Positions 1-12,051 of a stretch of DNA of 64,000 nt are shown in pieces. A program made the position numbers and the translations under genes. Position 1 is the first letter of the stretch; the number at the start of each line of letters is the position of its first letter. The DNA is from Tortispora ganteri (lineage: Eukaryota). The notes under the pieces are model-generated. The model did not search any database, was not told the DNA's origin, and worked only from the letters and a program-made list of their open reading frames with translations. The stretch is taken from contig PPNB01000004.1 of assembly GCA_003707115.1 (NCBI GenBank), forward strand, positions 1 to 64,000. The letters run 5' to 3'.

Positions 1-52
1 TGAATCTTTTGTCACATTATTATCTGCCCTCATGATACTAACATTGTTCTAG
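1..52 (+). other. 3' part of an intron in RHO1 (truncated by window start)
   Basis: Branch point TACTAAC at 36-42, acceptor TAG at 50-52. Downstream sequence resumes Rho1 coding ([11 protein letters not shown]). Confidence 0.85.
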
Positions 53-563
53 CGTGTTCTCTATTGGCACTTTCCCAGAGGTCTACATTCCGACTGTTTT
101 TGAGAACTATGTCGCGGATGTTGCAGTTGACGGCAAACACGTCGAACTCGCCTTATGGGATACCGCTGGCCAAGAAGATTACGATCGTCTTCGCCCATTG
201 TCTTACCCTGATTCAAATGTTATTCTTATTTGTTTCGCTATCGACTCTCCTGACTCTCTCGATAATGTGCAAGAAAAGTGGATTTCTGAAGTTCTCCACT
301 TTTGCCAAGGCCTCCCTATTATCCTTGTCGGCTGTAAAAAGGATCTCCGTTTCGACCCCAAGACTATCGAAACTCTAAGGCAAACTAATCAAAGACCCGT
401 TACTCCTGAAGAAGGACGCGCCGTTGCCGAGAAAATAGGCGCTGTTCGCTATCTTGAATGCTCTGCTAAGACCCAGGAAGGCGTCCGTGAAGTTTTCGAA
501 CATGCTACAAGAGCTGCTCTTATTGTTCCTGACAAGGAGAAGAAGAAATGTGTGGTCTTATAA
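53..563 (+). CDS. RHO1: Rho1 GTPase, last exon (5' exon(s) outside window)
   Basis: Effector loop [40 protein letters not shown]; polybasic tail with CAAX box KKKKCVVL. Confidence 0.95.
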
Positions 564-955
564 ATAGCGCCACTTATCCCTTACACCTGTTTCTTCTCTT
601 TCTTAATGGGTTTACCACTTGAACCTAATAGGTCTGGCCTTTTTAGATTCACATCATCCATCCCCTTCCCTTTCCTTCACTAAGCTCTAAACCGAAAGGT
701 TTTCATGTTTCTCTTTTTGTTTCTTTCTCGCCTCTCCCTCCTTGGTTCAAACATGCATTCTTTTGGACCTCAAGCTACTATCGATGCTACGACTGCTTTT
801 TATATTCAGAGTTAATATTGCAGGATTATATATAGAGTAAGTTATTGCCCTGGTCCGTACATATGCTTTATCTACTTATCTAGTTTACATCCATCCATCA
901 CTTCTTCTATGCCTTTAACTTCAAACATTCATTCGTAGCAGTAATTAAGGTGCTC

Positions 956-3900
956 TCATTTCTTCCTGTGTGTCTTCACAAAGTTTTCGATTTCTAGCCG
1001 CAACTCCTCATTAGGTCGTACATCTTCAAGTTTCAGAGGCATTCGATTAAATGGATCGGTCGGGTCAGACAGCAGATGACTCTTTATCGTCGATAAATCC
1101 AACGTTACCTTAGATGCTGGAAGTATTACAGGTTCTTTCATGAGAGTAAACATCAAAGGATCGAGATATTCATCAGGAATGTCACCAAGTTCTTCTTCTT
1201 CCATAATATCTGATTGCTTAATGCTCTCAACGGTATCAGCTAGCTGTTTCAGTTGAGCGATATCTTTACTCGATTTCAGGCTGTATCTTGTTAGAATACT
1301 GGATGCCCTAGAAAATATTTCGTATTTATAAGATCTTCCATCTCTAGCCACCGCTTCCAAAAACGCATGCTCGTTTTTCAAATTCAGATATATGTCAATA
1401 ATATCACTGAGCAGTTGTTTAGGACTAAATCTGTAGTTCTGAGGATTCTGCACTTTGAGATCTGTACACTGTGGGCCAACTAATGCACCGAGATTATAAT
1501 CGAGCATAGCAGCTAAGCGATCAACAATCTCAGGAGTCACAAATGGTCCTGTGGCAGCAGAAGTGAAAAGTTTGAACATAGCAACTGTTTCATTAGCTAA
1601 AGAAACGTATGAAGTAGCTTGACGTTCAGCAGAAGCCAGCTGGGTTTGCGTGTCAGTAGTTTCAGTTTCACCTTCTTCATTGGTTGTTTCTGAAGTGACA
1701 TTACCCCTAGCCAGCTCGGTTTGTAATTTGTGGATTTCAGCAAGCTTAGACAAAGATTCATCAAGCAAGTATGTCACATCATTCAGCAACAATGCCACAA
1801 AGCGAACAAAAAAGTCTTGGTTGTCGGCAGCTTCGGCAAGAAGTTGCTGTCTATAATGATTGTTAGTCCAAACAAACTTCACAAGTTGCGATATATAGTA
1901 ACGAATGTTGAACTTGTCATAAAATTGTGACGAAGCACCGGTTTGTTCAACGTCAATATAAAATTCCATTAATCCATGGAATAAATATTTCAAAAGTGTT
2001 GGATCTGAATGTATACAGTCAGCAAAGAATCCACGACTATTGTATTGTTGCGGTATAATTCCATAAAATAAACATTCAACCATTTTAGATTTCACAAATG
2101 GGTTATGAATCAGTCTAGGCTCGTAGAGAAATACCGCACAAAATGCAGATAATGGAATGGCATATGGATCGTAAAGAACAGCAGGATTTCTCTGAGCTAT
2201 ATGCTTTACAAAGAAAGCAACACTCTCCACAAAGTATTCAGGAATGTTATTAATCATTTCCAACCACTCTGATTTCATGAATTCGTCACTTAACGGTAGT
2301 TGAATAACCTGAGAGGGATATGCATGATGTTCATCAATCAATCTCATAAACCATGTAGCATAGAACCCGTAGAACCCTACAGCTCGTGACATGTTTGTGA
2401 TATCAAAAATAGCAGCTTGAAGGCAATTCTGGAAAGCAATCGCTTCGTTTAACTTCTTTTTAAAGTTATTGAGAGCCATTGTGAACATGTTAGCTCTCGA
2501 AGAGTTAATCCAACCCGCTTGTCCCTGCTCTAATCGCTCCACCTGTTTTTTCATATTTTTTATATCTTCGTCAAAATGCTCAAGTCCTTGCAGACAGCCA
2601 CCTAAACCATAATGCAGGCATGCGACATTCAAATAAAAAATGTCAGATATAAAATTAGGTTGGGCCGAATTCTGAGAACGGCGCTCTTGGTAAAAGGACT
2701 CAGATGATTTTTCATTTGAGTTAAGTTTAGTTTCGTCGGACACATCAAGACGAGAAGTATGTATAAGATAAAAAGGATCTACCTTGTCTAATTTGGAAAA
2801 TGTAGCATCAATGAAAGGAGAGGCAAACCGTGTTAAAATGGAAGTCAAATTGAGCATAAATCCTTCCGTAGCTATAGTTGAAGCATCAACCTGTAAAGCT
2901 CTGCGCTTATGATTCATATTGAGAGCCACAGCAAAAAAATTCAGCAATGCGTCCCTAGAGGCTGGAGAAGCTCGAACTATTTTGTCTGAAATATTGAATA
3001 GAACGTTAGAAACAGCCTGTTGCTCATGAGAGATGGTATTTCGCGCTGATTCAATAGCACTTGGGGACATTGTTTCCGCGTTGTCAAAATGTCTAAGAGA
3101 GACTTCTCGTGATACTGGCGAAATTCCATAGAAGGGGCCTAGAAGCGTTTCATATTCGACTGAAGAGCCATTTCCATCTTTTAGAGACTCAGGCAAAAAA
3201 AATTCAGAAGATGTAATAGTATCTGGCACGCCAGGAATAGAAACAAGAGTCTGAAGGGTTAATAGGAGTGTATGACATTGAGTTGATTCGGCCATTGTTA
3301 TACCAGATGCAAGTTGGGCCAGAGCTCTGAGACATGGGATGAATAAGTCTGATAATGCATCCTCCTGTTTTGCAACATCAGCAATTTGATATAGCATGTG
3401 ATCAGAGATATGAATAGACGAGGAAGAAGAATGAGTTAGTAAAGAGCTTAACGCGGAAGATGGGCCGAATACTGCGTCTTGCGATATACAAATGAAAGCG
3501 TAAGATGCTGATAAGCGCATGATTTCGTCAAAAACTGCATATTTAGAGGTCTTTTCAGGATCGGTAGTTCTTATTGCACGTTTAGCTTCATATGCAGCAG
3601 ACCAAACACGTACCAGGTAGCCGAGTGAATCAGTGAGTACATTTGCCATCATTATGGTAAGGATGGCGGTATCAAGAGAATCTATATTCAGGAATTCAGT
3701 GTTCGATTCAGACAGAATTTCTTGCAGTAAATCTGGTCCTCGAGGAAGAGCAGCAGATCCTTGTAGTTGCAGTATGTGTGCAATTGACCTATGTACCCAT
3801 TCTGGCGAAGATAGAGTGTTAGAGGAAGGCGGCTTCGCAGTGGTATGTGTAACTGGAGAGTTGGAAGCTGGTCTTTCTTGTTCTTTTAAAGAGCTCGAAA

Positions 3901-4166
3901 TTTGAGAAGTAGCACTATTCCGAGCAGGTGAAGTAGTAGATGACGATGATAATGTAGGAGTAGAAGGCGTATTAGGTGTAGCGGGTGTAGCGGGCGTAAC
4001 GGGCGTAACGGGCTCCGATTGAGTGCGCTGCTGCTGTAGAGCTTGCAACCGAGCAATTCGTTTAGCACGGATCTGTAAATGAAGTTAGTAAGGTATTTGG
4101 ATAAAATTAAATAAATACAAAGGTAGATATACTTACATCGTCTTGATCGGACCGGTCAGAGTTCAT
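956..4166 (-). CDS. UFD2: Ubiquitin chain elongation factor E4 (U-box); exons 4137-4166 and 956-4072, intron 4073-4136
   Basis: Ufd2P core (EQTGASSQFYDKFNIRY) and C-terminal U-box (IPDEYLDPLMFTLMKEPV...DPFNRMPL). A 64-nt GTAAGT...TACTAAC...CAG intron joins MNSDRSDQDD to IRAKRIARL in frame. Confidence 0.95.
3978..4012 (-). repeat. 9-bp coding tandem repeat (PVT-PVT-PAT-PAT) in the Ufd2 N-terminus
   Basis: GTAGCGGGT/GTAGCGGGC/GTAACGGGC/GTAACGGG units on the + strand. Confidence 0.7.
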
Positions 4167-4547
4167 GGAGTGATAGTAATGATTAAAAAAAAGGGATAGG
4201 GGTTCCTTGCTTTAATCACAGCACCCTATAATGGTGTGAATCACGTGACTAAAGACTGATTAGCCAATTAAAAAAGGAGAACCCTAATAAGATAGAAGTG
4301 AAAGCATGTGAAGAGAGCCATCCGCGCATAGAGATATAGGTGGTGACGCGCGAACAGAAAGAGCGCACTTAAGTGGATAGCGGGTGATTGAGAAGCCAGG
4401 GTGGCTATTACTAAGGTGATATAAGGGTCTAGAGTGATATCACCAAACGCAGAATATACATAGAAGATAGAAAGAACAGATCATATCGAAGTCTGAAGAA
4501 GAGAAAGCATAAGTAAGAAAGTGAGTTTGTTAAGAAGAAGAAATATA

Positions 4548-5624
4548 ATGGAGAAGGCTAAGATTGATATGGCTCTATATGAAGCATTAGAAAAATCAAA
4601 GTATTGTAATACTATATTTTATGCTGAGAGCGAAGCATTAGAAGTCCTTCATAAAAGAAAAGATTACTGTGAACTACCTGCTGCTAATTCTTATGAAAGA
4701 CTTCTGCTTCATAAAATTGCAGATTATTATCGCCTTTCTCACACGTTTGATTCATACTCAGAAAAGGTAAAATATGAGCGACGTGCTAATTACAATTACC
4801 ATACATTTCCTGAGAAGTTAGTGGACGTTCATCCTAAGATAAAAGAAGCCAGTGAATCTGGAGATTTGACTTATTCTGGCTATCAGATTATGAAAAGCAC
4901 GAGTTCCGGATCGCGTTCTTCTAGTGCAACGGATAAGAAGTCTCGCATTGTGTCCTCTTCCACCATTGATCCTTCCTCTACTTCCACTTCCTACATGGAC
5001 CGGAATGCACAGTACGAACAGGCTAAAGCACGTATATTCAGTGACGCTGATTTTGCTGATCCAGCTGATGTCAATACTACCAGTGCTACCAATTCAAGAG
5101 ACAATTCTTCTAGAGTATCTGCACATAATAACAATCTTAGGAATCACTCTTATGGTCCAAATGCATCTGACCTTAACAGCACTTATCACAACCCTTATTT
5201 TGCGCCTTACTATAACGGATTCAATTACGGCTATCGTCAACCCTTCATGCAGCCATATGCTCATTACACATGTCAATACCCTAACTATAGTTTGGCGTAC
5301 AACATGCAGATGCCGTACCGGTATTTCCAGCAAACAAAGTACGGTGCGCAACCGATTCATGGCGCACCAACAGGGGTCATTAACATTCCACAATGTCATT
5401 TACAAGCGTCCAATGAAGATCCAGCAAACTTAGTCAAGACATATCAGCAAGGTGGTGTACTACCTGTACCATCCGATGGACTATCATATGCGCACAAGTC
5501 TGAAAGATCATTACCGACATCGTTGCGTTCCGATTCCTCTACTGACATCAATAAGTCATCGGGTACAAGTGATCATTCTGTTCGTGAGCCGCAATCGCTC
5601 AATACTTCAATCAATGAGAGTTAA
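4548..5624 (+). CDS. R3H + SUZ domain RNA-binding protein (Rbs1/Encore-like)
   Basis: R3H motif LPAANSYERLLLHKIADYYRLSH, SUZ-type motif RNAQYEQAKARIF, Y/N/Q/P-rich low-complexity C-terminal half. First ATG at 4548. Confidence 0.75.
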   Translation: MEKAKIDMALYEALEKSKYCNTIFYAESEALEVLHKRKDYCELPAANSYERLLLHKIADYYRLSHTFDSYSEKVKYERRANYNYHTFPEKLVDVHPKIKEASESGDLTYSGYQIMKSTSSGSRSSSATDKKSRIVSSSTIDPSSTSTSYMDRNAQYEQAKARIFSDADFADPADVNTTSATNSRDNSSRVSAHNNNLRNHSYGPNASDLNSTYHNPYFAPYYNGFNYGYRQPFMQPYAHYTCQYPNYSLAYNMQMPYRYFQQTKYGAQPIHGAPTGVINIPQCHLQASNEDPANLVKTYQQGGVLPVPSDGLSYAHKSERSLPTSLRSDSSTDINKSSGTSDHSVREPQSLNTSINES

Positions 5625-5786
5625 GTTGCGATTAAATCATAGCAGGTTCATCTATTGATACGTTCCATGTTTGACCCATAAAAGGTGTATTCTGAAAACT
5701 AATTGACGAATAAATAGTAGCCTCATAATAACGATAAAGTCAAATATCATGTATTTTTAAACCAGTATTTTTCACTTTTGAAATGT

Positions 5787-6131
5787 TTATAAGTGTTTCG
5801 TTGATTTGTCTCTCAGAATAGTCATAATTGCCTTCTGAGTTTCTTTGTCCAATTTATTCATATCATTACTAAGGATCCTTTTAATATCTGCATATGACCT
5901 TTTTAAATTAAAATCGACAGTCACTTTTTCCTTTATTGCTGTATTGTACAAATCTTCAAGTGTTGTTTTAGTAACGCTTGATTCTTCAGTTTGCATAGAT
6001 TGCGCAACATTTTCATTGCGCCCATCAAAACTCGGGTCATTAGAAGAACTTACATCAGAAAATTCTTTAAGTGATCTGAAAGCATCTTCTTTTAATTTTT
6101 GTAGTTTTTGCCGCTGAATATCAGAATTCAT
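5787..6131 (-). CDS. cwf18: Cwf18/CCDC12-like pre-mRNA splicing factor
   Basis: N-terminal RQKLQKLK and C-terminal DIKRILSNDMNKLDKETQKAIMTILRDK resemble the Cwf18 motif (DLKRD...KLERRTQRAI..LIRER). First ATG at 6131. Confidence 0.65.
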   Translation of the reverse strand: MNSDIQRQKLQKLKEDAFRSLKEFSDVSSSNDPSFDGRNENVAQSMQTEESSVTKTTLEDLYNTAIKEKVTVDFNLKRSYADIKRILSNDMNKLDKETQKAIMTILRDKSTKHL

Positions 6132-6262
6132 CCAGACTGGCAAAATCTGGTCTATCGTAAAAGTTTGGGAGGTCAAAAAAAAAAAGAGTGTCTAAAAATA
6201 TTGATTTCTAATACAAACAGAATAAAGAAAAAATACTTATAAAGTAGACTTAAAAACAAAAA

Positions 6263-7546
6263 TTAGTTTTTCACTATCATAGAAGCACGATTTGGTCCCG
6301 TACCAATCCATTTAATAGGCACACCAACGTATTTCTCGATGAACTCAATGTACTTCTTAGCATTAGCAGGCAATTCCTCATACGATTGAATGTCAGCTAT
6401 ACTGGTCTTCCATCCAGGAAAAGTTTCATACACAACTTCAACGTGTTCGAGATCATAAAGATCAGCAGGAACAGTATAGAGTTCTTCACCTTTGTACTTG
6501 TAAGCAACTGCAACCTTCAGTTCTTCGAGCTGGTCCAGCACATCAAGCTTCGTCAAATTCATGTTGGTATATCCATTTATCATATGTGAATATTTCACAA
6601 CAACCAAATCGAGCCACCCGCATCTTCGTTTGCGTCCAGTTGTCACTCCATATTCGTGTCCAACGTTCTGCAAGTACTCTCCGATGGAGTTAAGCTGTTC
6701 AGTAGGGAATGGTCCTCCGCCGACACGAGTGGTATACGCCTTCACTACACCGATGGTCTCAGTCAGTGTAGACGGAGGGATACCCAAACCAGTACAGACA
6801 CCACCAATACTTGTAGAAGACGAAGTCACGTACGGATATGTACCATAATCTATATCGAGCATAAGAGCATTAGCACCTTCGATAAGTATCCGCTTCTTGT
6901 CGGCAACGGCCTTATTCATGTACGAAACAGCGTCAACAACATAGGGACGCAACTCTTCAGCCATAGTCTTATATCGAGCAAGACTAGCCTCGACATCATA
7001 TTCAAATTTACCGTATCGTTTTTGCCTAGTAGAGATCAGATTGCGGAATGCTGTAGCAAACTCTTCCCACGCTCCGGGGAAATCCGCAACAAAATGGTGC
7101 ACTCTAATGCCAGATCTAGACGCTTTAGTAGAATACGCAGGACCAATACCGCGTTTCGTAGTACCTATCGCATTAGAATTAGAACTTCTTTCAGCTTCTC
7201 GAAGACCGTCAACGGTCTGGTGAAAGTCAAATACCATATGAGCCCTAGAAGACACAAAAAGCCTGTTGGTACAGTCAAGACCCTTGGATTCCAGCTTACT
7301 CTTTTCTCTAAAAAATGAGTCGACATTAAAAACAACACCAGATCCGATCAGATTATTACAACTAGGATTCACAAGTCCTGAGGGAAGCATATGGAAATCA
7401 TAGGTCTTATCATCAGCAACAATAGTATGACCGGCATTGTCACCACCTTGACAGCGTGCGCAAACGTCTATAGAACCGCACAGGATATCGACAAGCTTGC
7501 CTTTACCTTCATCACCCCATTGAGCTCCAAGGACTACAGAGGCCAT
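6263..7546 (-). CDS. ADE12: Adenylosuccinate synthetase
   Basis: [40 protein letters not shown] motifs; full length 427 aa. Confidence 0.98.
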   Translation of the reverse strand: MASVVLGAQWGDEGKGKLVDILCGSIDVCARCQGGDNAGHTIVADDKTYDFHMLPSGLVNPSCNNLIGSGVVFNVDSFFREKSKLESKGLDCTNRLFVSSRAHMVFDFHQTVDGLREAERSSNSNAIGTTKRGIGPAYSTKASRSGIRVHHFVADFPGAWEEFATAFRNLISTRQKRYGKFEYDVEASLARYKTMAEELRPYVVDAVSYMNKAVADKKRILIEGANALMLDIDYGTYPYVTSSSTSIGGVCTGLGIPPSTLTETIGVVKAYTTRVGGGPFPTEQLNSIGEYLQNVGHEYGVTTGRKRRCGWLDLVVVKYSHMINGYTNMNLTKLDVLDQLEELKVAVAYKYKGEELYTVPADLYDLEHVEVVYETFPGWKTSIADIQSYEELPANAKKYIEFIEKYVGVPIKWIGTGPNRASMIVKN

Positions 7547-8027
7547 ACTGTAATTATCTCAAAGAGAAGAAAGAAAAAGAGAAAGAAATAATAAAAAAAA
7601 AGGCACAGAGCGCTTAAATAGCTGGGCGTCTAAATGTAGTGCTAATAAGTCACAATGTGCAAGTACAAGTTTGCTTGGCTCATCCCGGGTGAGCTTGTAT
7701 AACTTACTCGGAGATATCGGGATTATAACTGTACTATCCTGCGCGTTTCTTGGGGAGGTCTTTAAACAACAATCGAAGGCACAATGATAAATTATTTTAA
7801 AAGAGTACTACAAGTGTTCGCGATAGCTTGAATCTGTGCAAGAATAAGACCGTATAGCTCTCTCTAAACGATTCTTTATCTAATCGATCACTCACCGATA
7901 TATAAGACATATAAGGAATATCTTTCATGTAATGAACCGCATAATCTACAACTCGCATTTTCTTTCTACCTTTTTTATTCAAAGGATGACATGAGACATA
8001 ACTACAAAAATTAAAGATCAAAAACCT

Positions 8028-8348
8028 TTAGAATTGCAGAGCTTGACCCTTCTGCTTCTTGTCACCACCAAGCTCGAAATGTTTGCAACGCTTCAAGCAT
8101 AACTGGAGTTTGTACTTGCAACTGGTGCATTCTAAACGAAGGACGATCTTCTTGGTTGTCTTAGCCTTCTTGTGGAAAACAGGCTTGGTTTGACCACCAT
8201 AACCACTCTGTTTGCGCTTGTATCGACGAGCACCTTGAGGTCGGGGTGATGCCTTGCCTGCCTTGTATTGAGTAACACGGTGCTGAGTGTGTTTACGGCA
8301 CTGCTTTCCAGGGCAAAATGTACGTCTCGTCTTAGGAATATTAACCAT
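8028..8348 (-). CDS. RPL42: 60S ribosomal protein eL42 (L42/L44/L36a)
   Basis: 106 aa: [12 protein letters not shown]...[21 protein letters not shown]...KGQALQF. Confidence 0.98.
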   Translation of the reverse strand: MVNIPKTRRTFCPGKQCRKHTQHRVTQYKAGKASPRPQGARRYKRKQSGYGGQTKPVFHKKAKTTKKIVLRLECTSCKYKLQLCLKRCKHFELGGDKKQKGQALQF

Positions 8349-8430
8349 TTTTTAAATGTTTTAGTTTATCTAAGGAAAATTCTTGAAAGTCAACCTATAG
8401 ATAATGTGTGGTTAGTGAAGTTGCGTATGC

Positions 8431-8500
8431 GGGCTGAAGATGCGTGGGTGTAATGGGTTACAACTGCCCTTGGCAACGTGACTGTTTCTAAGCTAGGGTT
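8431..8500 (-). promoter_or_regulatory. Putative ribosomal-protein promoter module (GGGCTGAAGATGCGTG; Homol-D/Cbf1-like CGTGACTG; Tbf1/telobox-like CTAGGGTT)
   Basis: Motifs at 8431-8446, 8477-8484 and 8493-8500. The same elements recur upstream of RPL19. Confidence 0.55.
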
Positions 8501-8791
8501 TTTTTGGTGACCAACTTCGTACTTGTTAATGTGTTATATTCCAGCCCTAGTATTGGCTTTAGTTCGGCCAAATAACAGTTAAATTGTATAAACTGTGCTC
8601 TCATCATTAATACTATTTTATATTTGTTTTATGCTTTAAATAACAGCTCATATTTCGCAAATTCCAGCCAAAACCGTCTACATGTCGTACCTGATATACT
8701 TCATACTTTATACTTATTAAAGTTTAAATGATTGCTAGTACGTTAATATATAGATATAATTGACTATTGATACAATGTTGAATTACCAAAA

Positions 8792-11767
8792 TCATCTCTC
8801 TCTACGCTTCTCTTCTTTGACCGCTTTCCTTTCAAGCTCATCCCAGTCGTCTCCAGATTCCTCTTCTTCGACTTCACTACCGGATTCATCTCCGAAATCA
8901 GATGCCTCAGCTTCTGAGTAATCACTCTCATCTTCGTCGGATACGTCATCATCACTAGCTTGGAAATCAGATGCGGATTCAGATTCATCATCATCTTCAT
9001 CGTCTGATTCAGTGCTCAGGAAAGACCATCCTCCATTTTCAAAGAAGTCATGAGGATCACTCTGAACAGTTTTCATGATTTGATTCCAATTTAAGTTAAG
9101 CGGACCGCTGTAAAATGCAATCTCAACTTCGTTCAACCAATCCTGTACTTGATCCAATTGCTCCATAGGAATGGAATTAATGTGAGTCACTGGCTTGCTG
9201 TAATCTTTGTAAACAATTACCATATCAAAGTTCTTGAGACCAAACTGAACTCTTTCAAGATGAACAACCTCAATATCTTTAAGCGTCACAACTAAAAATG
9301 GCGCATCAATTAACTGTACCAGACATTCAGTAGTAGGCTGACAAAGTACATTAGCACGAAATGGTACACCATTAAACCCGAGGTCGCGAAACGGAATATC
9401 CACATCAAACATTCCATTAGCTGCATCCGTAATCTTCTCAGCAAATGCCTTAAACTCTTTGTTCAGTGCTGCTCTCCTTCGGCGATCTTCTTGTTCAGCT
9501 TCTAATTCATCCTCATCGCCATATCTGTATTTGCGTCGACGATTTCCAGTTTCATCATACTGTACATCAGACGCTTCTCTGAAAAATTGAACGTCAAATG
9601 TCTTCCTTTTGCCCACGATTATTGGCGTTTTCAATCGCGCGTGAATAAGAGAAATAAGCTCGTGGTCGCAAGGCTGAAAGAATAAATGCTGTATATTGCT
9701 AAACAAAACATCAATCTTCTGATCGGAACGGCCTTGAGACTGATAACGCAAACCATTCTCATGAATCTCAACGTATCCAGAAATACGCTTGTTGTCTGGA
9801 TGTGGACGAACAAACACTGAATCAAGTCGAAGGGGTCGTTGATTGCGAACTTCAATCAGTTTGGCTTGCTTGATAACGTCTTCCATTTCCTTCTTTTGGT
9901 TATCACGTTTGGTAGCTTCCTTCTTCATGTCTTGAATGGATCTCGCAATATCAGCAAACCTCGAATGGTCTTTCGATCTCAAAGAAATGGATCTTAAAAA
10001 CTGAGCTTGTGGATCTTCATAAGGGAGATCATCTTTCTTCACAATTATCTGACCAGGTGTATTGAAATTGATTCTCAGCATCGTGTAGTCTCCTTCGTCG
10101 TTCTTTGAAACATTTCTGATGGCATTAATATGATACGGGACAGGCCTTCCTGCGATAGGAATTATAATGGATTGAGTTTTAAAATCAACCATAACCCTTA
10201 AATCTTTTACAGAAGCAGGAAGCTGAGAGTCACGCTTGAAAGCCTCATATTTCTTGAACACAGGAGCACGTTCAACATCTGCACCGTCGGTTTCATCGGG
10301 AAACCTTTCCAAGCCAGCTGTTTGTAGCTTTTCGCGTAAAATAGTTTGCATTTCTTTTCGACGTGCTTCGGCAGTTTCATCTGTTGATTTAGTTTCCGCA
10401 CGTAACTTACTTTTTAGAACTGCTGAAGAAACATTTCGACGCGTGTCTTGTTGCTTCGCATTTTTCGGTTTTTCGTTCTGCTCAAAATAATAAGCAATGT
10501 CATTCAAGCTTTTCGGCGCATCCGTAAATACAACAGGTTCGTCTTTAGTAACACGAATGGTATCTACTATCAAAAGGGAGTATTTCTTTGCCTTGGCGTC
10601 AGATGTTTCCTCATTGGTAAGATCAGAGAAGCCCAAGAATAGACATAAAGTCATACCATCGAAAAACTTCTGGTTGTTCTTCGGAGAAAGCAAAAATGCA
10701 CTATCACGGAAATCGATACCAGTTGCCCAGCCGATAGATTTCAGGAACTTAGATTCTAGCTCAGGGTGAGTTGATTTAATCATTTCCATGCAAACCTCAT
10801 AGACAGAGCTAACAGTGACACCATCTTTAATTGAATCGAGGGCTTTCTTCTGCAATTTAAGCAAAAAAGAGTAATATGTTTCTTGAGATTTTGTAGGGTC
10901 TACCATGAAAGTACGACCTAAATTGGAACAATAAGACTTGTACCTAAGGCCGAGTTCTGCAATGACTACACCATGGTGAAGAGCGGAGTCGTCAGAGGCA
11001 GCAGACGGACGTAGATTGTAAGATCCACCAGACATAATAATTGGAGTGTAACACCAATCAAGAAGACCAGAATCAAAGTCAGAAGAGATGTTTGTGAGAG
11101 CCTTTGAAGACATGAACTTTTGATCATCAAGTAGGTCTTGTACCTGAATAGAGAGATCAGAGTGAGATACTCTCTTACCTTCGTCAATTGCAGTGAAAAT
11201 CTTGTCAGAAAGATAAGAGGACATTACCGCTACAGATGCCTTTGAAGCAGTTCGAATAGTTCTAATTTCTTCTTCGGTTTTGTGGCGTAAGACAGAGGCG
11301 ACAGGCGCAGAAACGTCCACGTACTCGGGAGGAGTTTCGAGAGATTCAAGGATATCATTCCAAGCATCGATAAACGGACCCTGGAATTGATCTTTGGGGA
11401 AATGACCGACCTTTGAGCCCAATACGGGTAATACTTTGCGAAAAGCCTCTGCTGCTTCAACAGGATCTTTAGGTCGCAGGATTACATGGACAGAATCGGA
11501 TTTTATGGGGTCAAGATATTTGGCCTTTGATGGAGAAGTGACAAAGTAGGTAGAGTTTTTCGTTATAAGCAGCAGTGTAGAAGAAAACTCGTAAGTGAGT
11601 AGCCAATTGAAGAGAATAGTACCCCTTTGGTACGGGCGTTCTTCGTCACTTTTACCGATTACCACAAGGATAGATTGGGCGCCATCCAGCGAGTCAGATG
11701 CGATCAAGTCGTAAATACGTGATATTCGCGATTGGAAAAGTTCGCGGTCAATTTTGACTTCTGCCAT
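8792..11767 (-). CDS. SPT16: FACT complex subunit Spt16
   Basis: Peptidase-like N-domain (GLRYKSYCSNLGRT), Spt16 middle domain (HENGLRY, ERVQFGLKNFDMV), acidic tail with GDDWDELERKA. Confidence 0.97.
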   Translation of the reverse strand: MAEVKIDRELFQSRISRIYDLIASDSLDGAQSILVVIGKSDEERPYQRGTILFNWLLTYEFSSTLLLITKNSTYFVTSPSKAKYLDPIKSDSVHVILRPKDPVEAAEAFRKVLPVLGSKVGHFPKDQFQGPFIDAWNDILESLETPPEYVDVSAPVASVLRHKTEEEIRTIRTASKASVAVMSSYLSDKIFTAIDEGKRVSHSDLSIQVQDLLDDQKFMSSKALTNISSDFDSGLLDWCYTPIIMSGGSYNLRPSAASDDSALHHGVVIAELGLRYKSYCSNLGRTFMVDPTKSQETYYSFLLKLQKKALDSIKDGVTVSSVYEVCMEMIKSTHPELESKFLKSIGWATGIDFRDSAFLLSPKNNQKFFDGMTLCLFLGFSDLTNEETSDAKAKKYSLLIVDTIRVTKDEPVVFTDAPKSLNDIAYYFEQNEKPKNAKQQDTRRNVSSAVLKSKLRAETKSTDETAEARRKEMQTILREKLQTAGLERFPDETDGADVERAPVFKKYEAFKRDSQLPASVKDLRVMVDFKTQSIIIPIAGRPVPYHINAIRNVSKNDEGDYTMLRINFNTPGQIIVKKDDLPYEDPQAQFLRSISLRSKDHSRFADIARSIQDMKKEATKRDNQKKEMEDVIKQAKLIEVRNQRPLRLDSVFVRPHPDNKRISGYVEIHENGLRYQSQGRSDQKIDVLFSNIQHLFFQPCDHELISLIHARLKTPIIVGKRKTFDVQFFREASDVQYDETGNRRRKYRYGDEDELEAEQEDRRRRAALNKEFKAFAEKITDAANGMFDVDIPFRDLGFNGVPFRANVLCQPTTECLVQLIDAPFLVVTLKDIEVVHLERVQFGLKNFDMVIVYKDYSKPVTHINSIPMEQLDQVQDWLNEVEIAFYSGPLNLNWNQIMKTVQSDPHDFFENGGWSFLSTESDDEDDDESESASDFQASDDDVSDEDESDYSEAEASDFGDESGSEVEEEESGDDWDELERKAVKEEKRRER

Positions 11768-12051
11768 AATGTTGCCGCGATCAAATATAGGTTATGTGCA
11801 ATAGCGAAGAAGATAGTGGTTAGTAAATTTAAACGCGTCTTTGTTTAAGTTTTTAACCTACATTAGGGCTGTTATTTCCCTTCTTTATTTGGTGGAGCAC
11901 TCAACCCCTAAACCCACACACTTCACGCACTACCCCTTCCCCATCTGGCATATCTTCTCTCCTGTACTGTCCACTTTTCCACTCCCCTTGGTATCAGCCG
12001 CCCTCTGTTTTAGGCGACAAGTACAGGTTATTATACAATATCAACGACAAT

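Noticed and set aside
4924..5433. 169-aa alternative-frame ORF inside the R3H-SUZ gene
   Set aside because: The L/I/T-rich translation is the expected frameshifted reading of S/N/Y-rich low-complexity codons; GTG start.
6656..7318. 220-aa antisense ORF over ADE12 (similar antisense ORFs over MET17, GAPDH, GCN1, TEC1, POL31)
   Set aside because: Shadow frames of codon-biased genes; no recognisable motifs.
8395..8522. Possible 5' UTR intron in RPL42 (CACTAAC...TAG on the minus strand)
   Set aside because: Only weak donors (GTAACC, GTACGA), and the intron would overlap the putative promoter motifs.
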